A stretch of DNA of 58,168 nt from Ferroacidibacillus organovorans (GCF_001642725.1 NZ_LSUQ01000012.1:1-58168); one strand, 5' to 3'; positions 40,632 to 50,958 are shown, counted from the stretch's first letter. Program-made: numbers and translations. Notes: a model not told the origin generated them from the sequence alone.

Positions 40632-42296
40632 GTGACACACTACATTGAACATGACGACCTCTTGAGCGCGCTAAAAGAGCGGGGTGGTCTACCTGTTGGC
40701 AGTTTTGAGCTTTTTCAGCTTGCCTATGAAGCTGAATTGCGGTCGACCCAACACTCCCTGGATGATCTGAGCTGTTTATCCGTTTTGCCGAATCTCATTC
40801 CATTTCCTCATCAGATCGAAACAGCGAAGCGAGTCATTCATGAACTGCACGGCCGCGCACTTTTGGCCGATGAGGTGGGGCTTGGAAAAACCATTGAAGC
40901 GGGACTCATTCTAAAAGAATACATTGTGCGCGGACTTGTGCAAAAAGCGCTTATCCTCGTCCCAGCCTCTCTTGTCCTTCAATGGACGCGGGAGTTAAAC
41001 GAAAAATTTGGGGTGCGCGCGTTTGCCCAACGAAACGAGTGGTCGTGGACGACCTATGACGTGCTTGTCGCGTCTCTTGACACGACCAAGCGAGATCCGC
41101 ACCGAGCTGCGGTGCTCTCCCAACCGTACGATTTGCTGATCGTCGATGAAGCGCACAAACTAAAAAACAGTCGCACGCGAAATTGGCAATTGATTAATGA
41201 GATCCAAAAAAAGTATCTGTTATTGGTGACTGCGACACCTGTACAAAACGATATGAAAGAACTCTATAATCTCATCAATCTCTTGCGACCGGGGCAATTA
41301 GGCAATCCCAAACATTTCACGAAAGAGCATGTAAGTACAAAGCGATCTCCCAAAAATCCGGTAGCCCTCCGTCACGCGCTATCTGATGTGATGGTGAGAA
41401 ATCGACGGGTCGAAAGTGCTGTCGATTTCACAGAGCGCCATGTAAAGATCGTTCCCCTAGAACTCTCCACAGAAGAGCGCGAACTCTACGATGCTGTCAC
41501 ATCGTTTGTGCGCGAGGAGTTTATGCGAAGAAAAGAAAGCAAGCGGAGTGTTCTCGCGTTGATAACACTCCAACGCGAAATTTGCAGTAGTTCCTACGCT
41601 GCGTTGGGTACACTTGAAGGCATGCTGAAACGAGGCCGTCTCACACCGAGTGAAGCGATGCGCGTTCAGGAGCTTTACCATCTCGCTGAAGCGGTGCCTG
41701 GATACACGAAAATTTCCAAAGTCATTGAATTGATTAAGTCCATCAATGACAAAGTCATCGTGTTTACAGAGTACCGTGCGACACAGGACTTTTTACTCTA
41801 TATGCTGCAACAATCCAATATCAAGGCCGTACTTTTTCGCGGTGGTTACAAGCGCGGAAAAAAGGATTGGATGAAAGATTTATTTGAGCGGCGAGCTCAG
41901 GTTCTCATCGCGACAGAGGCTGGCGGCGAGGGAATTAACTTGCAATTTTGCAATCAGGTGATCAATTACGATCTCCCTTGGAATCCTATGCGTGTCGAGC
42001 AGCGAATTGGCAGGGTTCACCGTGTTGGACAAACGCGTCCTGTATATATTCAAAATTTCAGCACAAAAGGAACCATTGAAGAGCACATCGTGCGCATGCT
42101 TCAAGACAAAATACAGATGTTTGAGCAAGTCATTGGCGAACTGGATGTCATCCTCGGACCGCGCGCTTTTGAGGAAGATGTTCTTGAGGCGCTCCTTGAG
42201 AGTCGAGATGAATCAGAGATCAAAGCGCGTTTGAACGTCCTGTCAAAACGGGTGAAACGTTCAGATACATCCAATCATCAGGGAACTGCAACGTAA
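40632..42296 (+). CDS. yqhH: SNF2-family helicase YqhH
   Basis: LADEVGLGKT, DEAH, TATP, GGEGINLQ, YDLPWNP, EQRIGRVHR; divergent from gcvT as in B. subtilis. Confidence 0.9.
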   Translation: MTHYIEHDDLLSALKERGGLPVGSFELFQLAYEAELRSTQHSLDDLSCLSVLPNLIPFPHQIETAKRVIHELHGRALLADEVGLGKTIEAGLILKEYIVRGLVQKALILVPASLVLQWTRELNEKFGVRAFAQRNEWSWTTYDVLVASLDTTKRDPHRAAVLSQPYDLLIVDEAHKLKNSRTRNWQLINEIQKKYLLLVTATPVQNDMKELYNLINLLRPGQLGNPKHFTKEHVSTKRSPKNPVALRHALSDVMVRNRRVESAVDFTERHVKIVPLELSTEERELYDAVTSFVREEFMRRKESKRSVLALITLQREICSSSYAALGTLEGMLKRGRLTPSEAMRVQELYHLAEAVPGYTKISKVIELIKSINDKVIVFTEYRATQDFLLYMLQQSNIKAVLFRGGYKRGKKDWMKDLFERRAQVLIATEAGGEGINLQFCNQVINYDLPWNPMRVEQRIGRVHRVGQTRPVYIQNFSTKGTIEEHIVRMLQDKIQMFEQVIGELDVILGPRAFEEDVLEALLESRDESEIKARLNVLSKRVKRSDTSNHQGTAT

Positions 42297-42310
42297 AGGA
42301 GGGGTTTCGA

Positions 42311-43141
42311 TTGCCATCCGAATCACAAGCGCTCATGGACTGGGCGATACGTTTTTTCGACAGTGTGAATGCGGTGCGTCACCCGTCTTCCCCCAATTCA
42401 CTACGTGTACAATTGCCAAGGGAGATCGATAAAGAACTCACCGATCGGCCCTTCTTTTGGATGTGGGCAGAAGCCATGAATGAAAATCCACCTGAAACGA
42501 TCCTTCATTTGCAGTTTGACGATGCTCCGCTTCCAGAAGATCTGCCGCAAGACGTTCAGAAAGAACGCATCGCGCTCGGCTGTTATCGCATGCTGCGTAT
42601 GGAGGCAAGCGCAAAAAAGCGCGGGGCGTTTGCGGTCGCTTATGAACAAGGGGCCGTTTTGCATCCGTACGTCGTGTTTGTAGTCAAAATTTCTTTCGTG
42701 TCTGATCGGCGAATCGATTTTTTAGAAAGCTATGCAATCAGTCTTCGAGATCAACGCGTGTATCCAGACGCGATGACTCGCTTGGCGAGAAAAAAGCTTA
42801 TGAGTTCACGTTCGCCACAGAGCCAGATCATGTCCTTGCCGCTTGACGTCGATGCTCTCTTTCAAATTATGTTCCAATGTACAAAAATGGATATCTCAAG
42901 AAAAGACGGGATGTGGGCTGTCGAAGCACGCAAACGGCTCACGGACGAACTCTCCCGGCTAGAAAATTACTACAAGAGTATGGAAAACGAAACGTTGGAG
43001 ACCAATGAGGTACAACAAAAAAGTATGGCAGGAGAGTATGAACTCCGCAAAGCAGAAACCATTTGGCGGTTTGAGCCAAAAATTGAAGTGCGTCCACTTC
43101 AATTTGCGCTCGTTTATCTCGCCACCGCCCCAGGTCCTTAA
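42311..43141 (+). CDS. yqhG: YqhG family protein
   Basis: VQLPREIDKELTDRPFFW motif; follows yqhH. Confidence 0.8.
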   Translation: MPSESQALMDWAIRFFDSVNAVRHPSSPNSLRVQLPREIDKELTDRPFFWMWAEAMNENPPETILHLQFDDAPLPEDLPQDVQKERIALGCYRMLRMEASAKKRGAFAVAYEQGAVLHPYVVFVVKISFVSDRRIDFLESYAISLRDQRVYPDAMTRLARKKLMSSRSPQSQIMSLPLDVDALFQIMFQCTKMDISRKDGMWAVEARKRLTDELSRLENYYKSMENETLETNEVQQKSMAGEYELRKAETIWRFEPKIEVRPLQFALVYLATAPGP

Positions 43142-43244
43142 ACGCAGTGCGGCATACAAAGATCATCAACCGATTTGCGAACCCTTTTACCAGATGTTCT
43201 AACTCGGGAAGCAGCCAATCTCCTGAATCAGAGTTATGACGACA

Positions 43245-44171
43245 TCACATGTCCAAAACGTCCATTGTCGCAATGCGGTGATCTTCACCATCGAGATACG
43301 CTAGTTTCGTCATACCGATAATTCGACTGCGCAGTGGATCAACCAACGGCAGAAGATCACTCGATAAGCGATGGTACAACGCCGGAGGTTCAAAATTGCT
43401 AGTAAAAAACGTTGGAAGGTTTCGAACAAAACGTTGGTTTATGATCCGAAACATTTTCTCGAGTGTGAATTCATTGGCGCGTTCATGTCCCAGTTCGTCT
43501 ATCGCAAGCACAGGAACGGAAGAAAACGCCTCGAGGATCGGTTCCAACTCTTCATCCCGACCAATCGCTGAGCGCAGTCGATCAAAAAGAGACTCTGCCT
43601 GAACAAAAATGCTTGGAATGCGACGTTCTTCAAGTTGATTGAGAATGGCGTGTAACAAATGCGTCTTGCCAACGCCCGCAGGGCCAAAAATGTAAATTCC
43701 TTTTTCCTCATCACCTGCGCGATAGGAAAGCGCAAACGTTTTAGCCGCCTCAAATAGTTGTGGCTTTCTCTTTTGCTGTTCTAGTGGGAAATTTGAAAAA
43801 CTAAGCTTTCGCTCACGCTCTCCGCGAATCGAGTACGTGCTATACCGAGCGGCACGCCGAATGGCTTGATGCTCAAGATATGGCGCGCAATAGCCCGTTT
43901 TAAGTTGTACGTTCCCATCGTGATAATCCAGTTGGTCGCGCATCCCTTTGGCATCCCCCAGCTTTCCACATAAAGGATACCCGCGGCACGCGCCACAAAT
44001 GCGTTCCTGCTCGAGCAAACTCATCAATTGAGGTTCCGCCGCGCGGATCGCCTCATCTGAAACACCCAGTTGATCAAGCTGTCCCCAATGCTTTCTCCAC
44101 TCGTTGACAGATCTCTTCTGCGGTTTCGGAATACGATTGGAAAGCAATGAATTCATGCTTGAAAATGACAT
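43245..44171 (-). CDS. DnaI/DnaC-like AAA+ ATPase (primosomal helicase loader)
   Basis: CGAC..C..C putative Zn site, GPAGVGKT, IDELG, TFFTSNF, SRI. Confidence 0.8.
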   Translation of the reverse strand: MSFSSMNSLLSNRIPKPQKRSVNEWRKHWGQLDQLGVSDEAIRAAEPQLMSLLEQERICGACRGYPLCGKLGDAKGMRDQLDYHDGNVQLKTGYCAPYLEHQAIRRAARYSTYSIRGERERKLSFSNFPLEQQKRKPQLFEAAKTFALSYRAGDEEKGIYIFGPAGVGKTHLLHAILNQLEERRIPSIFVQAESLFDRLRSAIGRDEELEPILEAFSSVPVLAIDELGHERANEFTLEKMFRIINQRFVRNLPTFFTSNFEPPALYHRLSSDLLPLVDPLRSRIIGMTKLAYLDGEDHRIATMDVLDM

Positions 44172-44185
44172 GACCTCACTCCTGT

Positions 44186-46099
44186 CTATACAGTCACTTT
44201 CATACTTTCACTTGTTCGACGCATATGAACGGAGACCGGAATTTCCGAAACAAACGGTCGCCGTCTCGTAATGTAAACATCGTGCCAGAGTAAAAAAATT
44301 ACGATTGACCAAATCTTTCTGGCGTGATCTTTTCTTCCCGCCCTGTGATCTTCAAGCATCCGCAAGACTTCATCCTTGTCAAAAAGCTCGGGTACATCAC
44401 TCTGTAAAATAACATCGCGCGCAAACGCATAGTGCTCATTTCTAAGCCACGTGCGCGTCGGAACAGGAAATCCGAGTTTTTTTCGCGTGTAGACAGGTTC
44501 TGGAAGCAATGACTTTACTGCTTGTCGCAGCACATACTTCGTTGTCCCATTCATCATCCGATACGCCGCAGGAATCTGACGAGCCACGCGAAACACCTCA
44601 CTGTCCAAAAAAGGAACACGCAATTCAAGACTGTTCGCCATCGTCATCTTGTCAGCCTTCATCAGGATATCTCCGGGCAGCCACGTGTGCAGATCGACAT
44701 ACTGCATCTTTGTCACATCATCCAGCCCAGACGCGCGTTCATAGTGAGGCGCTGTAATTTCAGTAGAACGTATCTTTGGTCTTGGTTCAAAGGCAAACGC
44801 CCGCTTCTCATCTTCTGTGAAAAGATTAGCATTTCCAAAGAAGCGTTCAGATACTTTTTTGGAACCCCGAATCAGATAACTGCGCCCTTTTGTGCCTTCA
44901 GGAATAAGCTGCGCAAATTGTCCAAGGTTCCTGCGCATGCTCATCGGAAGGTAATCAAACATCCTGAGCGAAAGAGGTTCGCGATAGATGGTATAACCGC
45001 CAAACAGCTCGTCCGCCCCTTCTCCAGAAAGCACTACGGTAACATACTGACTCGCAAGTTGTGAAACAAAATAAAGGGCGATCGCAGAAGGATCTGCAAC
45101 TGGTTCATCCTGTTGATAAATCAGCCGCGGCAACATTTCGAGGTACTCAGACGCAGATATGATGGTATCTCGATGCGTCGTACCCAATAGCGAAGCCGTT
45201 TCACGCGCGTATTCGATCTCTGATTGCCCGCCTGCTCCCTCAAACCCTACCGTAAAGGTCTGAACGTCCTCCAATTCTTTGAGTAATGCAACAATCGCAC
45301 TTGAATCAACACCCGAAGATAAAAAGGCGCCTCTTGGAACATCGCTGTTCATGTGAACCTTGACAGAGTCTCTCAATACATCGAGCGTCTCTTCAATATA
45401 GGATTCGATCGGTCGCAAAACGGGCTCAAACGTCACATGCTGGTACCTTTTTTCAGTAATATCCCTTCCGCGGATAATCAACATGTGCGCAGGTCGCAGT
45501 TTTTTGATGGACGAAATCATCGTATTAGGGTCGGGGACGTATTGGAAAGTTAAGTAATGCCAAAACGATTCGCGATCCACATCGCGAGAGATTCCCGGTA
45601 TCTCTAGAAGACTTTTAATCTCTGAGCCAAACCCAACCACATCATCAAGCACTGTATAATAAAGCGGTTTAATGCCAAACGGGTCGCGTACCAAGAGCAA
45701 TTGATCACGCCTCTGGTCGTAAAGTCCAATCGCAAACATTCCGCGCAAATGGTTGACAAAATCAAAACCATACTCCTCATAGAGGTGAACGATCACTTCC
45801 GTGTCGCTGTCTGTCGCAAACGAATGCCCACGCTCTACGAGATCTTCACGAAGTGTTTTAAAATTATAGATCTCACCATTAAAGACGACCCACACCGTCT
45901 GATCTTCATTAGAGAGCGGTTGATGTCCACCCTCCAAATCAATGATGGATAATCTCCGAAAAGCAAGCCCAACAGGACCATCAAAATAAAACCCGTCATC
46001 ATCTGGACCCCGATGGATGATCGCGGCGTTCATGCGAGCGAGTGTTTCGCGCTCGATCGGCGCTCCGACACGATGATACAATCCAGCTATTCCACACAC
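44186..46099 (-). CDS. asnB: asparagine synthase (glutamine-hydrolysing)
   Basis: N-terminal CGI, HRGPDD, RRLSIID, FNGEIYN, LSGEGADELFGGY, LRVPFLD. Confidence 0.96.
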   Translation of the reverse strand: MCGIAGLYHRVGAPIERETLARMNAAIIHRGPDDDGFYFDGPVGLAFRRLSIIDLEGGHQPLSNEDQTVWVVFNGEIYNFKTLREDLVERGHSFATDSDTEVIVHLYEEYGFDFVNHLRGMFAIGLYDQRRDQLLLVRDPFGIKPLYYTVLDDVVGFGSEIKSLLEIPGISRDVDRESFWHYLTFQYVPDPNTMISSIKKLRPAHMLIIRGRDITEKRYQHVTFEPVLRPIESYIEETLDVLRDSVKVHMNSDVPRGAFLSSGVDSSAIVALLKELEDVQTFTVGFEGAGGQSEIEYARETASLLGTTHRDTIISASEYLEMLPRLIYQQDEPVADPSAIALYFVSQLASQYVTVVLSGEGADELFGGYTIYREPLSLRMFDYLPMSMRRNLGQFAQLIPEGTKGRSYLIRGSKKVSERFFGNANLFTEDEKRAFAFEPRPKIRSTEITAPHYERASGLDDVTKMQYVDLHTWLPGDILMKADKMTMANSLELRVPFLDSEVFRVARQIPAAYRMMNGTTKYVLRQAVKSLLPEPVYTRKKLGFPVPTRTWLRNEHYAFARDVILQSDVPELFDKDEVLRMLEDHRAGRKDHARKIWSIVIFLLWHDVYITRRRPFVSEIPVSVHMRRTSESMKVTV

Positions 46100-46127
46100 A
46101 ATAAATGCCCCTTTTAGAATGGCTCAA

Positions 46128-46643
46128 TCAGCGAATTTGTACGACGTGATCTAAAAAACTGCCGTAGATTTTGTGAATATCATGTTCAATGTCGATTCGA
46201 TTCAGCAAAAAATGTGAGAATTGATATTGTTTTTCTCGTTCATAAAAAAGTGAATTCAATCGTTCATCAAAATTGTCACCTTGCAAAAGTGGCCTCTGGC
46301 GGTCATTTCGCAACCGCTCCCTGACAATCGCGAGTGGGACGTGTAAAGAAACAACAAATGATTTTTCGCGCATTTGTAGACGACTCGCTTCCATTAAAAT
46401 TGCTCCACCGCCTGTCACGAGTACACCAGGTGGATAGTGATTCAGCAAATCAGTCAATGTTTCGTGTTCCAATTTGCGAAAATGCGTTTCACCGTATCTC
46501 GCAAAGAGTGTTGAGATACGCTCCCCCTCTTTTCGCTCAATCCATGCATCAAGATCATAGCAAAGGAGTCCATAGGTGTACGCTAGTGCGCGACCTACCG
46601 TTGACTTGCCCGACCCGGTAAAGCCGATCAAAGAAATCCACAT
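46128..46643 (-). CDS. aroK: shikimate kinase
   Basis: GFTGSGKSTVG, GETHFRKLE, TGGG, RPLL. Confidence 0.92.
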   Translation of the reverse strand: MWISLIGFTGSGKSTVGRALAYTYGLLCYDLDAWIERKEGERISTLFARYGETHFRKLEHETLTDLLNHYPPGVLVTGGGAILMEASRLQMREKSFVVSLHVPLAIVRERLRNDRQRPLLQGDNFDERLNSLFYEREKQYQFSHFLLNRIDIEHDIHKIYGSFLDHVVQIR

Positions 46644-46677
46644 CACGTCTACACCCCTCAATTTATCGTAACACACC

Positions 46678-46710
46678 CTTCCTCATCTTGCATCTCGCAA
46701 GATGAGGAAG
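46678..46710. terminator. perfect 14-bp hairpin after the comG operon
   Basis: CTTCCTCATCTTGC-ATCTC-GCAAGATGAGGAAG; no long U-tract. Confidence 0.6.
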
Positions 46711-46731
46711 TCCTGAATGACCTGTTTTCAA

Positions 46732-47118
46732 TTACGGCGTTTCTTGAACAAAAACGATTCGCTGAGCGGTTTGGTTATACGTTGTAAAAACTGTCGCGCT
46801 TGCGCCATACACTGTTTGTGCAACAGACAATAGATTATAGATCGTAGAAACTGCATTGGAAGTCTCTACAACATCTGCATACCCGCTCTGAAATCGAATT
46901 CTTTGTTGGCGAATGATCTTCCCTCCCCTCAACTGAGATAGCGCAACTGCGATTCCTGAGCGAGCCGTATCTTTTGCCTGTATCATTTGCCATTCAAGTG
47001 CTGTTTGCTTGGCGTCAGCAGTCGCCAGATAGACGCTTGTCGCTGTGACAACGGCAACGATGAAGAGGATACCTAAGCTTACAGGTAGAGCAAATCCGTA
47101 TTCATTTTGTCGTTCCAA
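46732..47118 (-). CDS. ComGG-like minor pseudopilin
   Basis: EYG|FALPVSL (lacks E5, as ComGG does); last gene of the pilin cluster. Confidence 0.7.
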   Translation of the reverse strand: MERQNEYGFALPVSLGILFIVAVVTATSVYLATADAKQTALEWQMIQAKDTARSGIAVALSQLRGGKIIRQQRIRFQSGYADVVETSNAVSTIYNLLSVAQTVYGASATVFTTYNQTAQRIVFVQETP

Positions 47119-47563
47119 TCCCGAAGGACCCCTCCCAGATTGCAGAGTGATAGGGCGGACGCGATCCATAAAAGAGTGTCGCGCGAACGCCTCCCCCCTG
47201 CATTAATGAATAAGAGATGCCTTTTAGTGTCGAAGCCACGACGAGTGTCCCCGCGCCATTTTTAGCTTCGATCAAAAGAGAAGAATATGGAGAGATGCGG
47301 TATTCATCCACGACAAGGTTTGGCATGGTGAAGTAAATTTGTCCATTGTTGTAATAGGTCAACTGATCTGCAGCGCGAAGATCATGCTCAAAAGCGATGC
47401 TCACATTCCACAAATCGTGTTGAACAGCGGATAGGGATTGAATCTTTTCTAATTCTTGACTTGAAAAAAACAAGAGCGGAAGCAGTGCACTGATCAAAAC
47501 GACGGTGAGTGACAGGCTCATTATCGCCTCAACCAATGTGAGTCCACATGGATCACGGAGCAT
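47102..47563 (-). CDS. ComGF-like minor pseudopilin
   Basis: CG|LTLVEAIMSL prepilin motif. Confidence 0.72.
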   Translation of the reverse strand: MLRDPCGLTLVEAIMSLSLTVVLISALLPLLFFSSQELEKIQSLSAVQHDLWNVSIAFEHDLRAADQLTYYNNGQIYFTMPNLVVDEYRISPYSSLLIEAKNGAGTLVVASTLKGISYSLMQGGGVRATLFYGSRPPYHSAIWEGSFGIGTTK

Positions 47564-47579
47564 CCTTGCAACGGAAGTC

Positions 47580-47924
47580 CTATGGGCCTTCCTGCCACAC
47601 GAAAAGGCTGTGTGGAGGGCTTGTGTCACTCTGAGGAGATTGCACTGTGCAGACAATTTCGTATAAATGGGCGCCAGCGTGAATGGCGTTCCGATAAATT
47701 GTAAATGATGTTCCATCCAGCGTGAGAAATGAAACCTGCGCAATCGGCAATCCCTCCTGACAGGCTCGTGCGGCTTGCTCAAGCTCACCTTGCGTCATAA
47801 ACATGATTTGTTGATCAGCCATGGTTCTCCTTAGCGCCTGCATACTCTGCTCTCCTCCCGCCACAGTGAGCATACTGACAAGTGACATCACAACCATTGC
47901 GAGAAGAATCTCCATGAATGTCAT
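47580..47924 (-). CDS. ComGE-like minor pseudopilin (no leader peptide)
   Basis: MTFMEILLAM hydrophobic helix with E5; GGGAGG RBS. Confidence 0.7.
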   Translation of the reverse strand: MTFMEILLAMVVMSLVSMLTVAGGEQSMQALRRTMADQQIMFMTQGELEQAARACQEGLPIAQVSFLTLDGTSFTIYRNAIHAGAHLYEIVCTVQSPQSDTSPPHSLFVWQEGP

Positions 47925-47969
47925 GCATTAACCCTCCCTTCTAACCCGGGTAACGCAATGCCCATTCTT

Positions 47970-48437
47970 TCAACGATTGCGTATTTCGCCTCGCCCGAGA
48001 TAAATGGTGAACCCACTGAGGTCACCAAATGCATCTTGAAAATAGACCGTACCCGACTCACTCACATCTCCTGACGCATAATACCGTATGGTGGAGTTTT
48101 GCAAGTGAAGATACCCTTGTTCAAACACGACAAACGGCGCAAACTTGGCTGCTCCGAATGCACCAATTAGTGCATCGTATCGATAATACTGTGTTCCTTG
48201 TGGATCGAATCTCAAATCTTGAAATCGCCCAGACCATTCAGCACGCACCTGTGTATCGCGCAGATCACTCGCAACGATCGCAGATGTACTCTTCACATTT
48301 GCCCGTTGAAGTGAGTGAAGCATATCAGGCAACGCAATCCCGAGCGCAAAGGTGATTACCGCAATTGCGACCATCAACTCCAAGAGCGAGTACCCTTTCG
48401 CACTCGATCCTAACGTCATTTTCTTCATGACCACCAT
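47970..48437 (-). CDS. ComGD-like (GspH/FimT type) pseudopilin
   Basis: KG|YSLLELMVAI; C-terminal GTVYF..IYLGRGEIR. Confidence 0.75.
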   Translation of the reverse strand: MVVMKKMTLGSSAKGYSLLELMVAIAVITFALGIALPDMLHSLQRANVKSTSAIVASDLRDTQVRAEWSGRFQDLRFDPQGTQYYRYDALIGAFGAAKFAPFVVFEQGYLHLQNSTIRYYASGDVSESGTVYFQDAFGDLSGFTIYLGRGEIRNR

Positions 48438-48438
48438 G

Positions 48439-48822
48439 TCATTGATTGCCAAGTTGCCCATGAACAGAACAGCTAACCGTCGCAGTTGTACCATTAGGAG
48501 CAATCGTGATAATATAGTTCCCCCCACTCGGACAATCGGGGGTGGAATCCAAAAACCCTGCATTTTTTAAATCTGTAATAACGAGTGCAGACGTTGCTTC
48601 TACGGGAAATGTATGAAAGGTCAAATCGTATTCGGTGAGGGCTGCTCGTATCACGCGTTGATTTCCTTCGCACGCTGTTTCAGCCGCCTTCTGACCTGCC
48701 ACCTGCAAATTGGGTAAGGTTATGGCCATGATAACGGCTGCGATAAACAGCGCTACGACCATTTCAATTAATGTGAATCCGCGCTCTCGTTCACGATGGC
48801 GCCACCGAAAATTTGTACGCAC
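48439..48822 (-). CDS. comGC: ComGC-like major pseudopilin
   Basis: RG|FTLIEMVVALFI..LPNL, ACEGN, CPSGGNY, CSVHG. Confidence 0.8.
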   Translation of the reverse strand: MRTNFRWRHRERERGFTLIEMVVALFIAAVIMAITLPNLQVAGQKAAETACEGNQRVIRAALTEYDLTFHTFPVEATSALVITDLKNAGFLDSTPDCPSGGNYIITIAPNGTTATVSCSVHGQLGNQ

Positions 48823-48842
48823 GATTCCGCTCCCCTTTTCAT

Positions 48843-49886
48843 TTAGGACATCTGTCTCACAAGCGAAAGCATGGGGAGTAAAAGCATCATAGTACTCGCC
48901 ATGACCATTCCCCCCAAGAAAAAAATCAATATCGGCTCTGCCCATTTCGCCATGCGCTCCACATGGCGTTCAAGCATGCGCGTGACGCTCTCAGAAGCGC
49001 GTTGAAAACTTTCCGCAAACAAGCCTGTTGACTCTGCGTGTGCCATAATCATCGCTACATGCGTTGGCATGCGATCAATTTTTTTAAGACTCTCCGAGAA
49101 AGGAATTCCTTGTTCAATATCGCGGGAAACCAGCTTGCACCACTCCCCCGTATTCAATGCATCAAGCTCGCTAACAATATTCAAAGCGCGCAGCACATCC
49201 GTACCCCCGCGTAATAAAAATGTCAACATATCGAGCCCAGGACTCGAGAGCATCAACTGCGTAAATGTACGTGTCACTTTTTTTTGCAGTAAAAAGTGAA
49301 TCATCCGTGGGAAAAACCATTTCCGCTTCCAGACGATAAAAACACTAAGAATACCAATTCCGCCCACACTAATCGGCAGATAAATCGCGAAGAGTCCAAA
49401 AAAGTCGTACCAAAAATTTGACGAAACAGTCTCTAGGTTGAGCGCATTCGACATTCTTTTAAGGTTTGGAATCACCGTTAACGACATCGTTTCCATCACG
49501 GTTAATGTGAGCAAAAACAAGAAGGTCGGATAGAGAGTTAACTTTTGGAATCGCTCCCTCATGATTCTTCGGCGGATCATATAACCACTGCACAAATCCA
49601 ACGCTTCAACGAGATCACCAATCGCTTCACCAGACTGAATGATCGCGATATAAATCAACGGAAACTGTAACGCGTCGCATTGTGAAGAGATTGTTAATCC
49701 TTCAAGCAACCCATCATGAATGACTTCGATCCACGTTTTTAATTGCAGATCGACCACCGATTCGCGCATGATCTGCAGCGATAGTTGGATGTCAATCCCC
49801 GCATCTAGCAAATCATGGAGATCCGTAAAAAGTATCTCCATACTCATTGCCCGTGTTCGATTCTGCGATTTTCTCTGCAACCACAT
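48843..49886 (-). CDS. comGB: ComGB / type II secretion F-family platform protein
   Basis: LLDAGI, GEAIGDL, LYP, AESTG, AEP..GG..LLLP. Start uncertain (49886-49943). Confidence 0.85.
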   Translation of the reverse strand: MWLQRKSQNRTRAMSMEILFTDLHDLLDAGIDIQLSLQIMRESVVDLQLKTWIEVIHDGLLEGLTISSQCDALQFPLIYIAIIQSGEAIGDLVEALDLCSGYMIRRRIMRERFQKLTLYPTFLFLLTLTVMETMSLTVIPNLKRMSNALNLETVSSNFWYDFFGLFAIYLPISVGGIGILSVFIVWKRKWFFPRMIHFLLQKKVTRTFTQLMLSSPGLDMLTFLLRGGTDVLRALNIVSELDALNTGEWCKLVSRDIEQGIPFSESLKKIDRMPTHVAMIMAHAESTGLFAESFQRASESVTRMLERHVERMAKWAEPILIFFLGGMVMASTMMLLLPMLSLVRQMS

Positions 49887-50895
49887 CCTCATACTCCTCC
49901 CGCTTGTGAAACGCTTGAGCATCTTTAGCTCCTTGTGACCCACCCTGATTCAATAGTGACAAAAGGTCATTGCCGAACAGGAGACGGAACAGAGCTTTGC
50001 GACCAATCACGCCTGTCTGTGAGCAGGTCTGACACCCATTTCCGCGACAGCTGCTACATGAGATTGGAACAAGTTCCTGATGAACGATCAGGCGAATCAC
50101 TTCGCGTATGGAGAGCAGCGGCAGACGAAGGTCAAGCAAGCGCGTCACCACACTTCTCGGATGTTCAACGTGCAGTGAAGTTCCAATCAAATGGCCGGTC
50201 AAGCCCGCCCGCAACGCAATCTCAGCGGTCAGTTCATCCCTAATTTCCCCGATCATAACCACTTCCGGATCTTGCCGCAGAGTTGCTCGCAGCGCTTCTG
50301 AAAAAGAGACTCCGTTTCGTTCATCCACTTCGATCTGACTGTATCCATCAATCAGGCGCTCAACCGGGTCCTCAATGCTGATCACCGTGCGGCCTTTCAC
50401 ACGTTGGTCTTGAAGAATGGCGTGCAGTGTCGTGCTCTTTCCACTCCCTGCGCGTCCACAAACAACGATCAATCCCCCTTTGCACGATGCCATTCGGCGA
50501 ATGACAGCCAAATCAATTCGCATCAAGCCAAGATCATCAAGCGTCAGAAACGGGTTGTCCACTGGAATCAAGCGGATCGCCATTCGCTCTCCGCGTATGG
50601 TCGGTATCGTTGAAATTCTGAGATCACATTGACCGTGACGCGTAGAGGATCGCCAATGTCCGTCTTGCGCTTTGCGCTGTTCACCAAGCGAAAGTTTTGC
50701 TAACACTTTTAGACGCTGTGGTACGACACGTGATACATCGTCCTCCAAGTCACTGACCTCTGATGCGCGAAACACGCGCCCGTGAACGCGATACGACAGC
50801 CTCCACTGGTCATCCATCGGGTCGAGATGAATGTCTGAGGCATTTAAAAATAAACCTGTCGCAATGATTTCATCCGTCAAATCGGAAACAAGCAT
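49813..50895 (-). CDS. comGA: ComGA / GspE-PilB assembly ATPase
   Basis: ASDIHLDP, QDG, GRAGSGKSTT, IEDPVE, LRQDPEVVMIGEIRD, LTGH. Confidence 0.9.
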   Translation of the reverse strand: MLVSDLTDEIIATGLFLNASDIHLDPMDDQWRLSYRVHGRVFRASEVSDLEDDVSRVVPQRLKVLAKLSLGEQRKAQDGHWRSSTRHGQCDLRISTIPTIRGERMAIRLIPVDNPFLTLDDLGLMRIDLAVIRRMASCKGGLIVVCGRAGSGKSTTLHAILQDQRVKGRTVISIEDPVERLIDGYSQIEVDERNGVSFSEALRATLRQDPEVVMIGEIRDELTAEIALRAGLTGHLIGTSLHVEHPRSVVTRLLDLRLPLLSIREVIRLIVHQELVPISCSSCRGNGCQTCSQTGVIGRKALFRLLFGNDLLSLLNQGGSQGAKDAQAFHKREEYEDVVAEKIAESNTGNEYGDTFYGSP

Positions 50896-50931
50896 CCCAC
50901 CACTTCACCCCCAGCTGTTCATGCTGAGTCT

Positions 50932-50958
50932 GTTCGCGGTGGCGATGCTTAAACCTTT
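50932..50958 (-). promoter_or_regulatory. SigH-like promoter upstream of comGA
   Basis: AAAGGT-N17-GAAC geometry (SigH consensus AGGA-N17-GAAT). Confidence 0.4.

Noticed and set aside
43245..44171. IS21 IstB or prophage remnant
   Set aside because: No IstA, terminal inverted repeats, integrase or phage genes; the Cys-rich N-terminus and TFFTSNF are DnaI-like.
46128..50000. Apparently AT-richer comG/aroK segment as a horizontally acquired island
   Set aside because: comG near yqhG/gcv is the normal Bacilli location and there are no mobility genes or att sites; composition was not computed.
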